A stretch of DNA of 64,000 nt from Selaginella moellendorffii (taxonomy: Eukaryota > Plantae > Lycopodiophyta), in the NCBI RefSeq assembly GCF_000143415.4, contig NW_003314264.1, forward strand, positions 1,253,624 through 1,317,623, in the 5' to 3' direction. This document shows positions 1-14,000 of this stretch, in pieces. A program made the translations under genes and the position numbers. The notes beneath the pieces were generated by a model, which was given only the letters and a program-made list of their open reading frames with translations, made no database searches and was not told the DNA's origin. Numbering within the stretch: the first letter of the stretch is position 1; each line of letters opens with the position of its first letter.

Positions 1-21
1 TGAAAATTTTACTCGATCCAG

Positions 22-2222
<2,201 letters not shown>

Positions 2223-2254
2223 GCTAAAAGCAAAGCTCTATTGTTTTAGGTGGC

Positions 2255-2640
2255 TTTCTCCGTGGACGCAGCGACGAGGGTGGTGGCTATCGCGGCTGCC
2301 AAGTTCGGTCGCAATCTCCTCAACGAGAATCAAGTCATTGTCATCACGACATGGACACGGAAGCTGTTCGGGAGCACTACTTCAAGTTACGTGACATTCC
2401 AGATCACACAGCAAAAGCATGGATGGCTCGTGGCGGTAGTGGTGCGATGGTCACGGCACACAAGGAGCTATACGCCTACGATCTACGTGCCGGTACTACC
2501 AGAGTTCTGAGGCCATTCGGTGGGGAGGATCTAGCCCCAGCAACCAGACTGTTGTACACTTTCGGCTTTCGAAGGCAGTGATTGGGAATTGCGGTGTGTG
2601 ATTGTGATTGTGTGCATGTGTGTGTGTGTGCTTGTGTACC
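2255..2640 (+). pseudogene. 3' fragment of an F-box-family gene, paralogous to 7050-7165
   Basis: FSVDAATRVVAIAAAKFGRNLLN near-identical at DNA level to the 7012-7206 ORF; begins exactly where homology between the two LysRS copies ends (ttttaggtggc). Confidence 0.7.
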
Positions 2641-2671
2641 TGTGTTGTGTGATAGAATGAATATGCGGAAT

Positions 2672-2970
2672 TTCGTATGAGTCGTCCTTGTGTTGTTTAA
2701 CACCCGATTCTCCCCTCAGGCGCAATCCCAATGCCGAATCCTCGCCTCCATCGCCAGCACTCTTGGAAATCCTGGAAGGAACCTCGGTGCTGCTGGCGCT
2801 GCTGCTGAGAGAATGCAGGATCCTTGGCACCGCTTCTGAGAATCTGGACGGAGCAGCACACCATCGCGCCCGCAATAAAACTTTATAAACCCTAAGGGAG
2901 GGGTTTCCGGGGTCCCAGGCTCGAATCCGGCGAGATGGATATTTCACCCAAAGCAGTTAAAACCGGACAA
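2672..2970 (-). pseudogene. Inverted, internally deleted LysRS fragment (promoter + exon 1 fused to the KQHKxDSYE exon)
   Basis: Reverse complement matches 25740-26015 (EAVPRILHSLSSSASSTEVPSRISKSAGDGGEDSAL), then jumps to the 1962-2005 sequence (GESxVKQHKxDSYE). Confidence 0.85.
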
Positions 2971-3576
2971 GAGGATAACGGCCAAGATTGTCACGATAAA
3001 TGGACATAAGCATAAGAAGCCAACGCTCCCTGCTTTACAAGAACCACCCAACACAATTATTGTATATTGACATAGCACGCCAAAGAAAAGGCTCCCATCT
3101 TGGAAATTCAAATCTTCTTAACCCACAAGCCATCATCCTAGTCTGAGTGCTTGTTTTGGGGCTGGAGTAGTGTAGTATCTGGAGGAGTTGTGGTGTCACT
3201 TGACCATCTTCACTATGGTATTCTTCTAAGTTTCAAGTGTACCTTGATGAACTTCCTTACCCTTTCAGCCTTTTCATGATTTTAAGGAACATCATCAGAC
3301 AGCTGATTATATTGCATGGGTAGTGAAGGCTCTCCAGTATCTGAAGCTCAAAAACAAAGACAAGTATCAAAAACATAAACCGAATGCCAACAACACCCAG
3401 AGGAGAGCTTCACTCTCTAGTACTCACATGCAGCTTGCTTCGCCATCTGCCTCGAATCTCTTCTCGACTGACTAACCTCTAGGAAGCGCTAGGCCAGGGA
3501 GAGAGGAAAGCAAAAGGGCCAAACCTTATTATGTGCAGAGCTTATTCTCGTTCCTTGTTCTCCTTCGCTGGCCTGC

Positions 3577-4722
3577 CTATATACACATGATGCTTTCCAT
3601 GACCATCGAGGCCCCGCCCTCCGGTCTTGCGTTCTTCGGGAAGACTCTCCAACATTCCCAAGCACCATCTACGTAACAGTGCATGAACCTAGAGCCGGAG
3701 CTGAAGAAAAACCAGCCACTGTCGAGCTTGAGCACCTCCACTGGAAAGACTGTTCCAAACCTCCGGCCTCTCTCAGCTTGCACTAGGTGGAGTGGCAGCC
3801 AGCACTCCCAGGCCTTGCTTGGTGCTCTTCATCTGGAAGATTTTGAAGTTGACGTGCTTGCCGCGCTCGTTGGTACACGACTGTAGATAGAAGACTCGGT
3901 TGCCATGGGAGCATATAACAGGGCTGTATGCGTCGGTGCCAGCGGGAAGTGGAAGTCGTCGCGCCTCTCCAGCCATCGTCAAGACCAGGAGAGAACGATC
4001 TTGGCGCTCCTCCCCTTCCAGATCGGTAGCAGCACTACGGCTCCATCGGGCTGGAGCACCGCTGCCTTGAAGTTCTGGGGATTGTCCGAAGAGTAGGCAT
4101 ATGCATGCGATGTCCATGCTCGTCGGCCCCCGTCGCCGTCGAACAGCCCGTGCATCTCGACCAGCGTGATCGTTTGCGACCCGATTCCTACGACCGCCAG
4201 GACGATATCGGTGTCCCTCCCAACCCCCACCTCGAGCATCGACGCCAGCATGCAGTTCCCTCCGCGATTCACCTCCGGCGGCAGCGCGATGCCGAGCTCT
4301 TGATACGTCCCCAAGGCTGGCCGGAAGGCAGCGAGGCGGCCATTGTCAAGATCAACGAGGACTGAGTGTGACCGCAGTGTTGGCCCGAACACAAAATCCT
4401 CCGGATCTCCTGGTTTCTGTGGCGCGGTGACGATCCACCTCCGCGGAACCCATGGATCGAGAAAGCAAATCTGTTGGCCTCTTGGTCGCCTGCGACTGTA
4501 CAAGAAGAAAACAAGGAAGCCCCGCTTCGACTTTCACACCTGTAGCTTCCGATGAGAACAGGCAAAGTCTACTAGTGCCTTTGGGTGTCTAGCACGTTCC
4601 TTTCCAGATCCAAGTGCGGTCCAAAGTCGAAATTCTTGGTGCCTGCGCCCACTTGGTGATCGACGAAGCGGAACATCGAATTCGAGGAGGAAATAAGGCA
4701 AATACTTGACTTCCTCAACCAC
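3577..4722 (-). pseudogene. Frameshifted remnant of an unknown, possibly F-box-associated beta-propeller-like gene
   Basis: Chain of GC-rich, protein-like ORFs (4534-4722, 3979-4503, 3773-4117, 3577-3783) broken by stops and frameshifts; no diagnostic motif. Confidence 0.35.
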
Positions 4723-4781
4723 AGAAGGCGAGGTTACAATAGTTTATGCACTGCTCAACTTTTACTCGCAGGGATTAACAG

Positions 4782-6240
4782 GTGGAACACCTTGCAAAAC
4801 TGTCGCTCAGAGACCCATTGGTTGCATCTAATCAGGTAATCAGTACGTTTGAGCTGCTGGAGCAAGGTTACTGTGTGGTGCCGCCCGAGATGCGGCCCTT
4901 GATTCTCACAACATTCCTGTTTAAAGAAAACGGGCTTCTCCAGCGCTCGAAATTTAAGAACACACATTCCAGGTAATGGTCCTCTTCTCTTCGTGTAATT
5001 CGGTCAAGTTCCACTTGGAACCGTTTCGCCTCCTTCAGGAGCATTCACGGAAAGATGAAGCAGTCGAGGCGGACCAGTGCCTTTACGCAGTTTTGTGCTG
5101 GGCTCCTCGGTCTGGACATTCCTGCCGTGGTAAGCATTGCAAGAGAGGGATTGTGGCAATGGTTTTCTGAGTTCTTTGTTGTGGATCATCCAGTATATAT
5201 GACGCCTTTTGATCCCAAGGTTGGCCTGGTTTTTGCTGATGAAAGCTTGCCTTCTTTCTTCACACACCAAAATCCTAGTTCTTCTAGGTGTGAAAGTCTT
5301 AAACTTAGGCTCTTGGACGCAGCGTGCATGGGACGATTGCCTGGATCGGCTACTTCCGATTTCCGCCAGGACGGCAGCGCAGCACTCGCGGATGCTCGGC
5401 TCGACGAGGACTACGAAGCGATCTATGACTGCCACCGTCGTGTGAGGGGATTGAGAGGATGATCCGGACCACACTGGGGACGGATTACTTCCACACTTCC
5501 AGAGGCGAGAGCGAATCTGGCAAGAAATCTTGCTCCTGTCGCTGGACCTCTTTGACTTGTTGACTCTTTGACTTGAGATTTTGGCATGAGGTTGAATTAA
5601 TCTCACCTTGTAGCCGCTATACGTGAAATGCTGCCTTCTTTTTCCCTCCCAAGGCCTCAAACACTCCACAAGAGCTGTGCAGCAAGATCGATCAATGCAC
5701 TTGTCACTAAGATGAGCGCTTCTACCACCAGGATACGGGTTTTGATCCTAGAAAGACCACATTGTGAAGTTTTTCAAGCAGTATATATAGAGACTAAAAG
5801 AAGAAGAACATACCTCGTTGTAGTCATCCCCTCGCAAGCTCCCATCCATGTCTCGATCCATACTCGATCTTGTCAAGAAAATCTCGCTGACTAACAGCGT
5901 CTTCTTTGGTGTGAGCAATCTGTTCTTCTATCCTTGACAAGAGCTCACTTGGCAGCGGACGCCTTCAAGTCTTACCTGCGCTCGTATCAGGCGCACACGG
6001 CCGCCTTTGACATCCACAAACTAGACTTGCAGGTTAATTTGTTCCTTTTCTTACTCGTGCCAAGGCCTGGAACGAAAGTGTTGGTGTTTTGCAGGCTCTT
6101 GCCGCATCGTTTTGTCTCAAGTCGATCCCGCCTGGCTGCACCAGCATTCACAGCAATGCAGCCAAGCACAGGAAAAAGAGAAAGGGAGCAGGGCATGTGT
6201 TCAGTGCTGAAGATCCTTATGGGAAGAAACGGAGTAAACA
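4782..6240 (+). pseudogene. DEAD-box RNA helicase DDX18/HAS1-like pseudogene (C-terminal half), interrupted by foreign fragments
   Basis: EHLAKLSLRDP, LEQGYCVVP, MVLFSSCNSVKFH, KQSRRTSAFTQF, GLDIPAV, WIIQY..DPK and C-terminal DAFKSYLRSYQAH..FDIHKLDLQ|ALAASFC match the HAS1/RH51 pattern; deletions and frameshifts. Confidence 0.8.
5605..5935 (-). pseudogene. MAP65/PRC1 microtubule-associated protein gene fragment with introns
   Basis: Minus strand reads IEEQIAHTKEDAVSQRDFLDKIE..DDYNE|DQNPY..GRSAHL..ALVE..WEGKRRQHFTY, like plant MAP65 EQIAKAKEEALSRKEILDKVEKW..DYNRDQNRY..GAHL. Confidence 0.7.
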
Positions 6241-6564
6241 GTGCAAGTGAGAATGCGCTGGGTTCTCACGTTGTTATGCTGGACAATGGCTGGGCTGTCA
6301 AATGGCCGCATTTTATTTTCCTCATCTCCTTTTTCTTTGTCCAAGGGTGAAAAGTGAAAATGCGCTGGGTTGTGACCAAACCTCAACTGAATTCAAACGA
6401 TCAAAAGAGGTTGGGAGAGAGCCTAGAACCCTGTAGCAGGCATGCTTAAGTCCCGAGATCTTCTGAACCTGATTTGTTCCTAATGATCCGGCATTCTCCC
6501 TCACCCATACACACACCTGAGCCCCAAAATCCTGCCCCTACTGCGCACATATCTCTCCGGAATC

Positions 6565-7206
6565 GTGCTCCAGCAAGGCACATTCCTTGCATTGCCAGAT
6601 CTGGCTGTGGATGAAGTGTTCGATTGTCTGGGATACAAGGATCATCTTTCCCAGATCGCGAGCACATCGAAGGAGCTGCAGTCGCTGGTGAAGAAGTACA
6701 CTGCTCGCCGTCGAGCTATTGGTGTTTTCCTTCGGAGAGGCCACGGGCCATTTGGCGAGGATGAAGACGAGCAGAGAACGATGCTCTGTTTGATGGAGCT
6801 GGAAGGAACTGGCGCGCTACATACTTGTCCAGCCAGGTGCCTCACGTTTCATTTGAATTTGTGACAGCCAGGGGAGTTCGAGGCCATTCTTGCAACATGT
6901 AATGGCTACATCCTGGCGAGGCTAGTGGGGACTGTGCCGGATACCGACAGGCTAGGCTTGCACCACTGCTTGGATGATTCCACAGTGGTGCTATGAAGGT
7001 GGACATGCCAATTGCGGATGTGGGAGTTTGTGTTTGGCGATACCGTCCCTTTCTCCGTGGACGCAGCGACGAGGGTGGTGGCTATTGCGGCTGCCAAGTT
7101 CGGTCGCAATCTACTCAACAAGAATCAACTCATTGTCATCATGACATGGACACGAAGCACTATGGGTGCTGTTTGGCGGATAAATGAGGTAAACAAAAAA
7201 AAATAG
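6565..7206 (+). pseudogene. F-box protein pseudogene
   Basis: F-box-like LALPDLAVDEVFDCLGYKDHLSQIASTSKELQSLV; in-frame stops; no in-frame ATG; 3' end truncated relative to the paralogous fragment at 2255. Confidence 0.6.
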
Positions 7207-7546
7207 TTTCTATTTTACAATTTGGTATTAAAGATTTTTCCTTAGTTTTAGCGACAGATAAAGGTAGATCGCTAAGAGATGGCTAAAGCAAAGCATAAAC
7301 AAACCAAGGCAAAGACTCCAGAGATGGAACTTCTGGTCGAAGAAAAAACTATGTATGAAAAAACATAACAAACTTATGGCAAAGGCATGGGCATTGAGAT
7401 TGATAAAGTCAAATATTGATATATGAGAGAGAGAGAGAGATCCCAGCCATTAGTCCTATATGAGAGAGCCACATGGAGGAATCCTAACCATTTTTCCGTT
7501 TTGTGGGAAGCTGCCTTCAATTACAAATTCCACATGTTCATTCTAT

Positions 7547-7646
7547 CACACACACACACACACACACACAAAGGCACACAATCATAATCACACAATCACT
7601 ACCTTTCAAAGCTGAAAGTGTACAGCAGTCTTGTTGCTGAGATCCT
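7547..7646 (-). repeat. Inverted copy of 2526-2630 (F-box C-terminus/3'UTR with CA/TG microsatellite)
   Basis: Reverse complement aggatctcagcaacaagactgctgtacactttcagctttgaaaggtagtgatt matches 2526-2585. Confidence 0.75.
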
Positions 7647-7877
7647 TGGAAGAAATGCATAATACAGCACCCCTCACTCTTATGTGGTTGCCCCTTTGCC
7701 ACACTCACTCCTGGCTTCCTCTATGGCATGCTTAGTCACGCCCTAAATGTTTAACGACTAACTCTAAATTAGTAACATTAAACTTTAATTAGTAGATGTT
7801 GTTAACGGATATGTTAACAACTATAATTTTATAATTAGCCAGTGAATGAATGGCTATAATTTATAAGTATATAACAA

Positions 7878-8178
7878 GTCTTTGGAGGAATTGAACGTGA
7901 TTCAGATCGAATGTTTATGGTTCTGGTGGCCGATCGTACTGCACAAACTTTAATTGATATATTATATACATAAGATAAGTTCTATTTCTATTATTATTCT
8001 TAACTAATAATTATAAATAATTTTTTTAGGAACAATTATATACAGTTGGGCTGGTTATGATTCAGAGTGGTTGAATCAATTGAACTTCATTTATTATACA
8101 ATCAACCACTCCCAAAATTTTGTTGATCTTGTGACTGGAGTTCATACAAATCGTATTGAATCAACATGGAATGCTTAA
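7878..8178 (+). mobile_element. Merlin / ISXO2 (IS1595-like) DDE transposase relic
   Basis: VFGGIERDSDRMFMVLVADRTAQTLIDI, then an AT-rich intron-like gap ending in tttag, then GTIIYS-WAGY..YYTINHSQNFVDLVTGVHTNRIESTW; second catalytic D deleted. Confidence 0.85.
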
Positions 8179-9114
8179 TCTTGGTTAAGCTTTGAGGATG
8201 GTGAACCTGGCATTTTCAAGTGAGTCTAGCCTTCTTGCAAGGATTCTTGAGAGATAGAGTCCTGTGTGTGGAGAGGCTCTAGGACCATTAGAGCTTCTCC
8301 TCATAAGAATTTAGAGTGCAATAGCTCACTTATTTCATTTTTTTCTTTTGAATTTGTAGAGTTTTCTTGCAAAACAAGCAAGATTGAGGGTTCTAGGATG
8401 GATAAGAGTTCATGCTAGTACGAATTTGGAGTGCAAGCTCACAGATCTAGAGTTCTTACTCATAAGTGTGAGTGGTTAGATCTAAAGAGATTATAATGGC
8501 AATCAAGAGAGAAGCTTTTGATATGAATATACTTTCGTGATTCATTTACACTTGATAGCTTTTTGTTCTGAAGGAGTTATCAAGCACCTTTTATAAGCAC
8601 AATGTTATAAATGGGCAATGTCAAAACCCCTTCCAAGGTAAATGCCACACTCGTCCCCTGTCGAAGCACCTGGAAAACATACACAATTTAGTTTGGATGA
8701 TCAGAGAATCACAGCATACCTCAATATAATTCTTGTAGTTGCATTTTCTGTCTGGGTTCCATGAGGATTGTGAATGCACATGTACTTGTGTCTTCCAACC
8801 TACTTGAACCAGAAATTTTTGGTATATTCTTGAGCCAAGGGGGCTGGCGTGCATAGATTTTCCAGCGTTGTTGAGAACCAGAATTTGATGACCAACAAAC
8901 ATCCCAGGGTTTACAACATACACACATCTCTCATACACTAGAAAAGCATATACACTTCCTTGATCAATCACAGCATGAAAGAGTTCAACTATCTATATAG
9001 CCACAACATTTATGTAATTTTTATTTAAAATATTTTTTTCTCTCATTTTTTAAGCTTCTATACATATTTTTATATACATATTTGGATAGAACTTTAACTC
9101 CATAATATTTATAA

Positions 9115-9437
9115 GCATAAGCTCTATTATTTTATTAGCTTTCACCTAATAATCTATTGATCTGACGGCTGTAGTTGGTTGAACAGTGACGATTGTTTCC
9201 AAAGACCTAATGTTAGGGTTTTTACGGTGGCGAGAAAGCTATGGATGGCTCTTCATCTAGAAAGCATGGGCGAGAGCCGGATAAAGAGGGAGAGCAGGAG
9301 AAGATAAAGTGACTTAAAACAGGTGAGATTGTTCATGTGAAACATCGTCTACAGCTGGCACATAAGGAAATTTCACGCCTTGGAATCAAATTGTGGGAAG
9401 CAAGGGAGGATGCCAAACTAAAGGAGTAGATAGCTAG
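9115..9437 (+). pseudogene. 5' fragment (upstream region + coiled-coil header) of a paralog of the 21528 NTPase-nuclease gene
   Basis: Aligns with 21400-21715 (taagctctattattttatt...ATGGATGxCTCTTCATCTAGAAAG...); has stops; truncated by gypsy sequence at about 9438. Confidence 0.85.
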
Positions 9438-9866
9438 GAACACAGCCTATACACGAAGCTTGAGAAATGTTCCTTCAATCAGGAGTTTGTGGAGTTCCTT
9501 GGGTACATTGTCACTCCTGAGGGTATCACGATGGATCCTACCAAAGTCAAGACTATTCTCGAATGGGAGCCTTTACAATCAATGTCGGACATTCAGGTTT
9601 TCCTTGGCTTTGCCAACTTCTACCGCAAATTCATTGATCACTACTCCGACATTATCTTTCCTCTCACGCATCTCACTCACAAGGATGTTCCCTTCTCTTG
9701 GTCTGTTGCTGCCCAGCAAGCCTTCAACACATTCAAGGTGGCCTTCAGTTCTACTCCTGTCTTGATCCATGCTGATCCTTTACAACCTTTCTTCATCGTG
9801 GCAGACGCCTCCAACTTTGCCATCAGTGCTGTGTTGTCTCAACTTGGAGCGAATTAGGAATTTCAT

Positions 9867-11013
9867 TGTAAGGAACCGACTCCTCGAGATGTCGTAGGCT
9901 AAAGGATCCCCAAAAGCTTGACCGAAATGACAAAGAGTTCATCGGATGGGACCAAGTCGAGGATCGAGTCCAAGACCGACTCTAGGACCGAGTTCGAGAT
10001 AGAGTCCGGAATCGAGTCCGAGACCGACTCGGGGACCGAGTTCGAGACCGAGTTCGAGACGGAGTCCGAGATCTGAAATCGGGTTCGAGACCGAGTCCGA
10101 GGTCGAGTCCGAGGTCGGGTCCGAGATCGGGTCCGAGATCGAGTCCGAAATTGAGTCCGAGACCGAATCCGAAGTCGGATCCGAAATCGGGTCCGAGATC
10201 GAGCTAGAGACTAAGTCCAAATACTAATACGGGTCAAGGGGTGAAAGCCCAAAGTGTGCGTCTCCCAGGGGGGGGGGGGGGGGGGGGGGGGGCTGCAGGG
10301 GGTTCCAAAAGTATAGTAGGGATAGTGAGGTCTAGGAACTAGTTTTGAAGGGACTCTCCAGTTGGGCTTCCAAACCGACTTGAGGTTGAGACTGGGACCG
10401 AGGGGCCTTGGGTGGGAGTGAGCATGGACTTGGCTGGTGCCGGAGGGGCCATCCAAGGAAGTGCTCAAGAGCAGCTCCCACTCCCGAAAGAGAAACCGAC
10501 TGCGGTGCTCCCGGCTCAGGTGGAGTGGTGCCCCACTTGAGTACCTGGTCCTCGCCCTTCCGGGGGCTTGGGCCTTCCCTTCGGGATGGAAGAGGGGAAG
10601 AGGGGGGGTAGAGGTACCCATACCGGGCCGTTGGGCCACGGTGTTTCGCCCCGACGTCCCGAAGCAAGTGTTGCACTCAAGGCTTGGGATTTAGAGGGTC
10701 CCATGATCAAGTCTTGTGGTACCAAGGGGTGTTAGGAATCTGGAGGCTTGGTGTGCTTGGCTGCTTGTGCCTGCGGGGAGTGTAGCCGAACCTTAAGTCC
10801 AGTCTAACCCGGGGAGGGGGATTGGGAGAGATTTGGGAATCCGTGGATGGATGGCTAACACTCCGTTGCTCGTGCAGTAAGTAGCTGAAACCAAGTAGGA
10901 GCTGGTACCATAGGCGAGAACCTTGGTGAGGGAACTTAGCACAAGCCAAGGCAGAGTTGGTCGGATAGGCGAGGTAAGCTGGCAAATTGGAAAGGAAAAA
11001 TTTGTGGCTTACA
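9867..11013 (+). repeat. 5' LTR (1147 bp) with CGAGTC-type hexamer array and G25 tract
   Basis: TGTAAGG...GCTTACA; near-identical to 16248-17410. Confidence 0.97.
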
Positions 11014-11016
11014 ATT

Positions 11017-11028
11017 TGGTATCGGAGC
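11017..11028 (+). promoter_or_regulatory. Primer-binding site, tRNA-iMet
   Basis: TGGTATCGGAGC (consensus TGGTATCAGAGC) 3 nt after the LTR. Confidence 0.9.
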
Positions 11029-11072
11029 CTCTTCCTCAGTTCTAGCGAAGGATAGAGGCGGATTGCTGGGAG

Positions 11073-14000
11073 ATGGCAAGGGTAGGACGTAAGCGAACCC
11101 AGGCAGAGACGGAACCTCCTCCAGAGCTGGAGCCTCCGGTCGAACAGGAGGTGATGGATGAGGAATCCTTGCATGAGGAGGACTCCAGTGAGGCAACTTC
11201 CAAACAGGAGTCTGGTGGTGAGGTTCGGTCATCCAAGGCTCGATTGGATGTTCTAGAAGGAAAATTGGCACAGACCAATGCCCTGCTAGAGACTCTCGTA
11301 CGCAAGCTAAAGCGTGACGACAAGCGGAAGAAAAAGCGAAAGACTGCGGATGCTGGCAGCGCAGAAGGTGCGAACCCTTCGGCAGGGACTGAGGCAAAAC
11401 CAGACAAGGTCGAACAGACCGAAGTGGAATCAGTCCCTCAGGTAGTTCCCAAGTACAAACCAAAGCCCCCACCGGTCTTCAAGGGAGTGAACGACTATAA
11501 GGTGGTGGAGGATTGGTTTTACGATATGGAGGACTACTTCCGAGCGTTGCGATTACCAAGCTCGGAGAAGGTCCCATGTGCAAAACCATACTTGGCAGAT
11601 AATGCCAAGTCTTGGTGGAGAATGACAGAGGCCAACGAAGGACCAGTGGCCACTTGGGATATGATGAAGGCGAGGATCCGCGCAACTTACGTTCCTCCGA
11701 ATGCTACTCTGCATCTAAGGGACGAGCTGAGTAGGCTGAAGCAGACCGGAACCATTCAGGAGTATGTGAATGGGTTTATGGCAAAGAGGATACTTGTCAC
11801 GGACATGGGGGATATGGATGCGTTCCATGCCTTTATATCAGGTTTGCAAACCTGGGCTCGCGGCGAAGTAATGCGGTGGAACCCGACCAACTACAAAGAA
11901 GCGTTGGATGCGGCCATCAAGGTGCATTTCAACGATAATCTGCGAAAGGGGAACACGATGGGGTCGGGATCCACGTTTAGCAAAGGGGCCAAACCAAGGG
12001 GAACGTTTAGCAGAGGGAAATTCAAGAAGAGTTTCTCTAAGAATGAGTCCTCGGGGTTCCGGAAAGGCAGATCCGGTGGCCAGCGAGCGAGTACGTGGGG
12101 GAGTCAGGCGAAAAGAGACAAACCCACGGATAAGAAGGTCAAGTCATATAGCAGCGTGGGAAACAACGTATGCTACAACTGCGGTGAAGTGGGACACTTC
12201 TCGAGGGAATGTCCCTACCCGAAGAAGGCCAGAGCCAATATGGCCATCAAGTCGGGTGAAGTCCAAACAGAGGTATGTGATCCAGTCCCTAACTCAAAGT
12301 TACTCATTACACGAGCAACTTTGGTAGAGAGTCGTTCGCGACATCTACTAGCCCTCCGAGGGAAGCTCGGAGGTAGCTTTGTTAAAATCCTTATTGACAC
12401 GGGTGCTTCGGATAATTTTGTGGCTGCAGACATAGTCCGGCAAGCCGGACTAACGGTGCAGCGGCTAGGCGAACCAAGGACTATAGAGTTTGTTCAAGGT
12501 AGCCAAAGCACCGATGAGGTACTTCGACAAGCGAGAGTCGAAGTGGGGACTTGGAAGGTGGACATGGACTTCACCGTGTTGGACATGGCGGGATTTGACG
12601 TGATCTTCGGAATGGACTGGTTCAATCGATTCGTGGTAGCCCTGTATGGACAAGGTAGAAACCTTGTGGTACTGGCGAATGCCCAAGGAAGAAGATCTAG
12701 GGTGGAGGCCCAAGATCTAAAGGTAGGGCAAAGCAAGGCCAAAGATTCCTGCTTAAACCTGGTGTCCACGAGAGGACAACTCACTAAAGGAACTAAGGCG
12801 GCCTTTTTGTGCTTACTCTCGGTGAAGAGTGACAAAAAGACAGGAATGGAAGAAGTACCTTTAGTGATCCAACGGGTGTTAGACCAATTCCAGGATACCA
12901 TGCCGGAGGAGCTACCGGCGGGGCTACCCCCAGCACGACCGATAGAACATAAGATTGAGCTGGTCGAGGGTGCTGAGGCAGTGGTTCGTCCCCCTTATCG
13001 TTTGAACGAAAAAAAACTCAAGGAGCTCAAGTGCCAACTAGAGGAGTTGGTGGACAAAGGGTATGTTAGGTTGAGCAAGTCGCCGTATGGGGCGCCAGTG
13101 TTATTTGTGAAAAAGAAAGATGGATCTATGCGCATGTGCATAGACTACCGCTTGCTCAACAAGTATACAAAGAAGAACAAGTACCCTTTGCCAAGGATTG
13201 AGGACCTGTTCGATAGGTTGGGAAAGGCAAAATACTTCTCGAGGATTGACCTAAGGTCAGGATACTACCAGATCAGGGTAGCCGAGGAAGATGTCGAGAA
13301 GACAACCTGTCGAACGAGGTATGGGAGCTTTGAGTTTCTGGTGATGCCCTTCGGGCTATGTAATGCGCCGGCAACGTTTTCGGCGCTAATGAACCACGTC
13401 TTTGTACCCTATCTGGATCACTTTGTAGTCGTCTATATCGACGACATCCTGATCTATAGCGAGACGCTAGAGGAACATGCCGAACACTTGGCGAAGGTGT
13501 TTGAGAAACTAAGGGAACACAAGCTGTATGCTAAAGAGAGCAAATGTGACTTTGCTCAACAAGAGGTAAAGTTTCTCGGGCATGTGGTGGGCCAGGACGG
13601 GCTCAAGGTGGACCCGGAGAAGGTCCAAGCGATCCAGGAATGGGAGCGACCATCCAATGTACACGAGTTGAGGGCATTCCTGGGGCTATGCAACTACTAT
13701 CGAAAGTTTATCAGACACTATTCGAGAGTAGCCCTGCCCTTAACGGACCAAACAGGAAAAGGGAAGATGGTGTGGACAGCGGAATGCGAGGCGGCATTAG
13801 TCCACCTCAAAGGGAAGTTGAGGAAGGCTCCCGTATTGGCATTACCAGACTTTGGTAAGGACTTTGAGGTAGAAACGGATGCTTCGGACTTTGCGTTGGG
13901 CGTAGTTTTGAAGCAAGACAACCATCCGGTAGCGTTCTTCTCGAAGAAGCTGGACAAGGCTCAACGGAAGTGGCCTGCCCACGAGAAGGAATTGTTTGCG

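Noticed and set aside
8621-8971. Minus-strand ORFs with splice-like sites (also 3000-3500 and 56000-56460)
   Set aside because: Probably gene remnants, but no recognisable homology
9939-10725. ORFs with SDPI/RDRV/LGL repeats in the LTRs (also 16299-17122 and 19448-19898)
   Set aside because: By-products of stop-poor hexamer arrays; no protein-family motif
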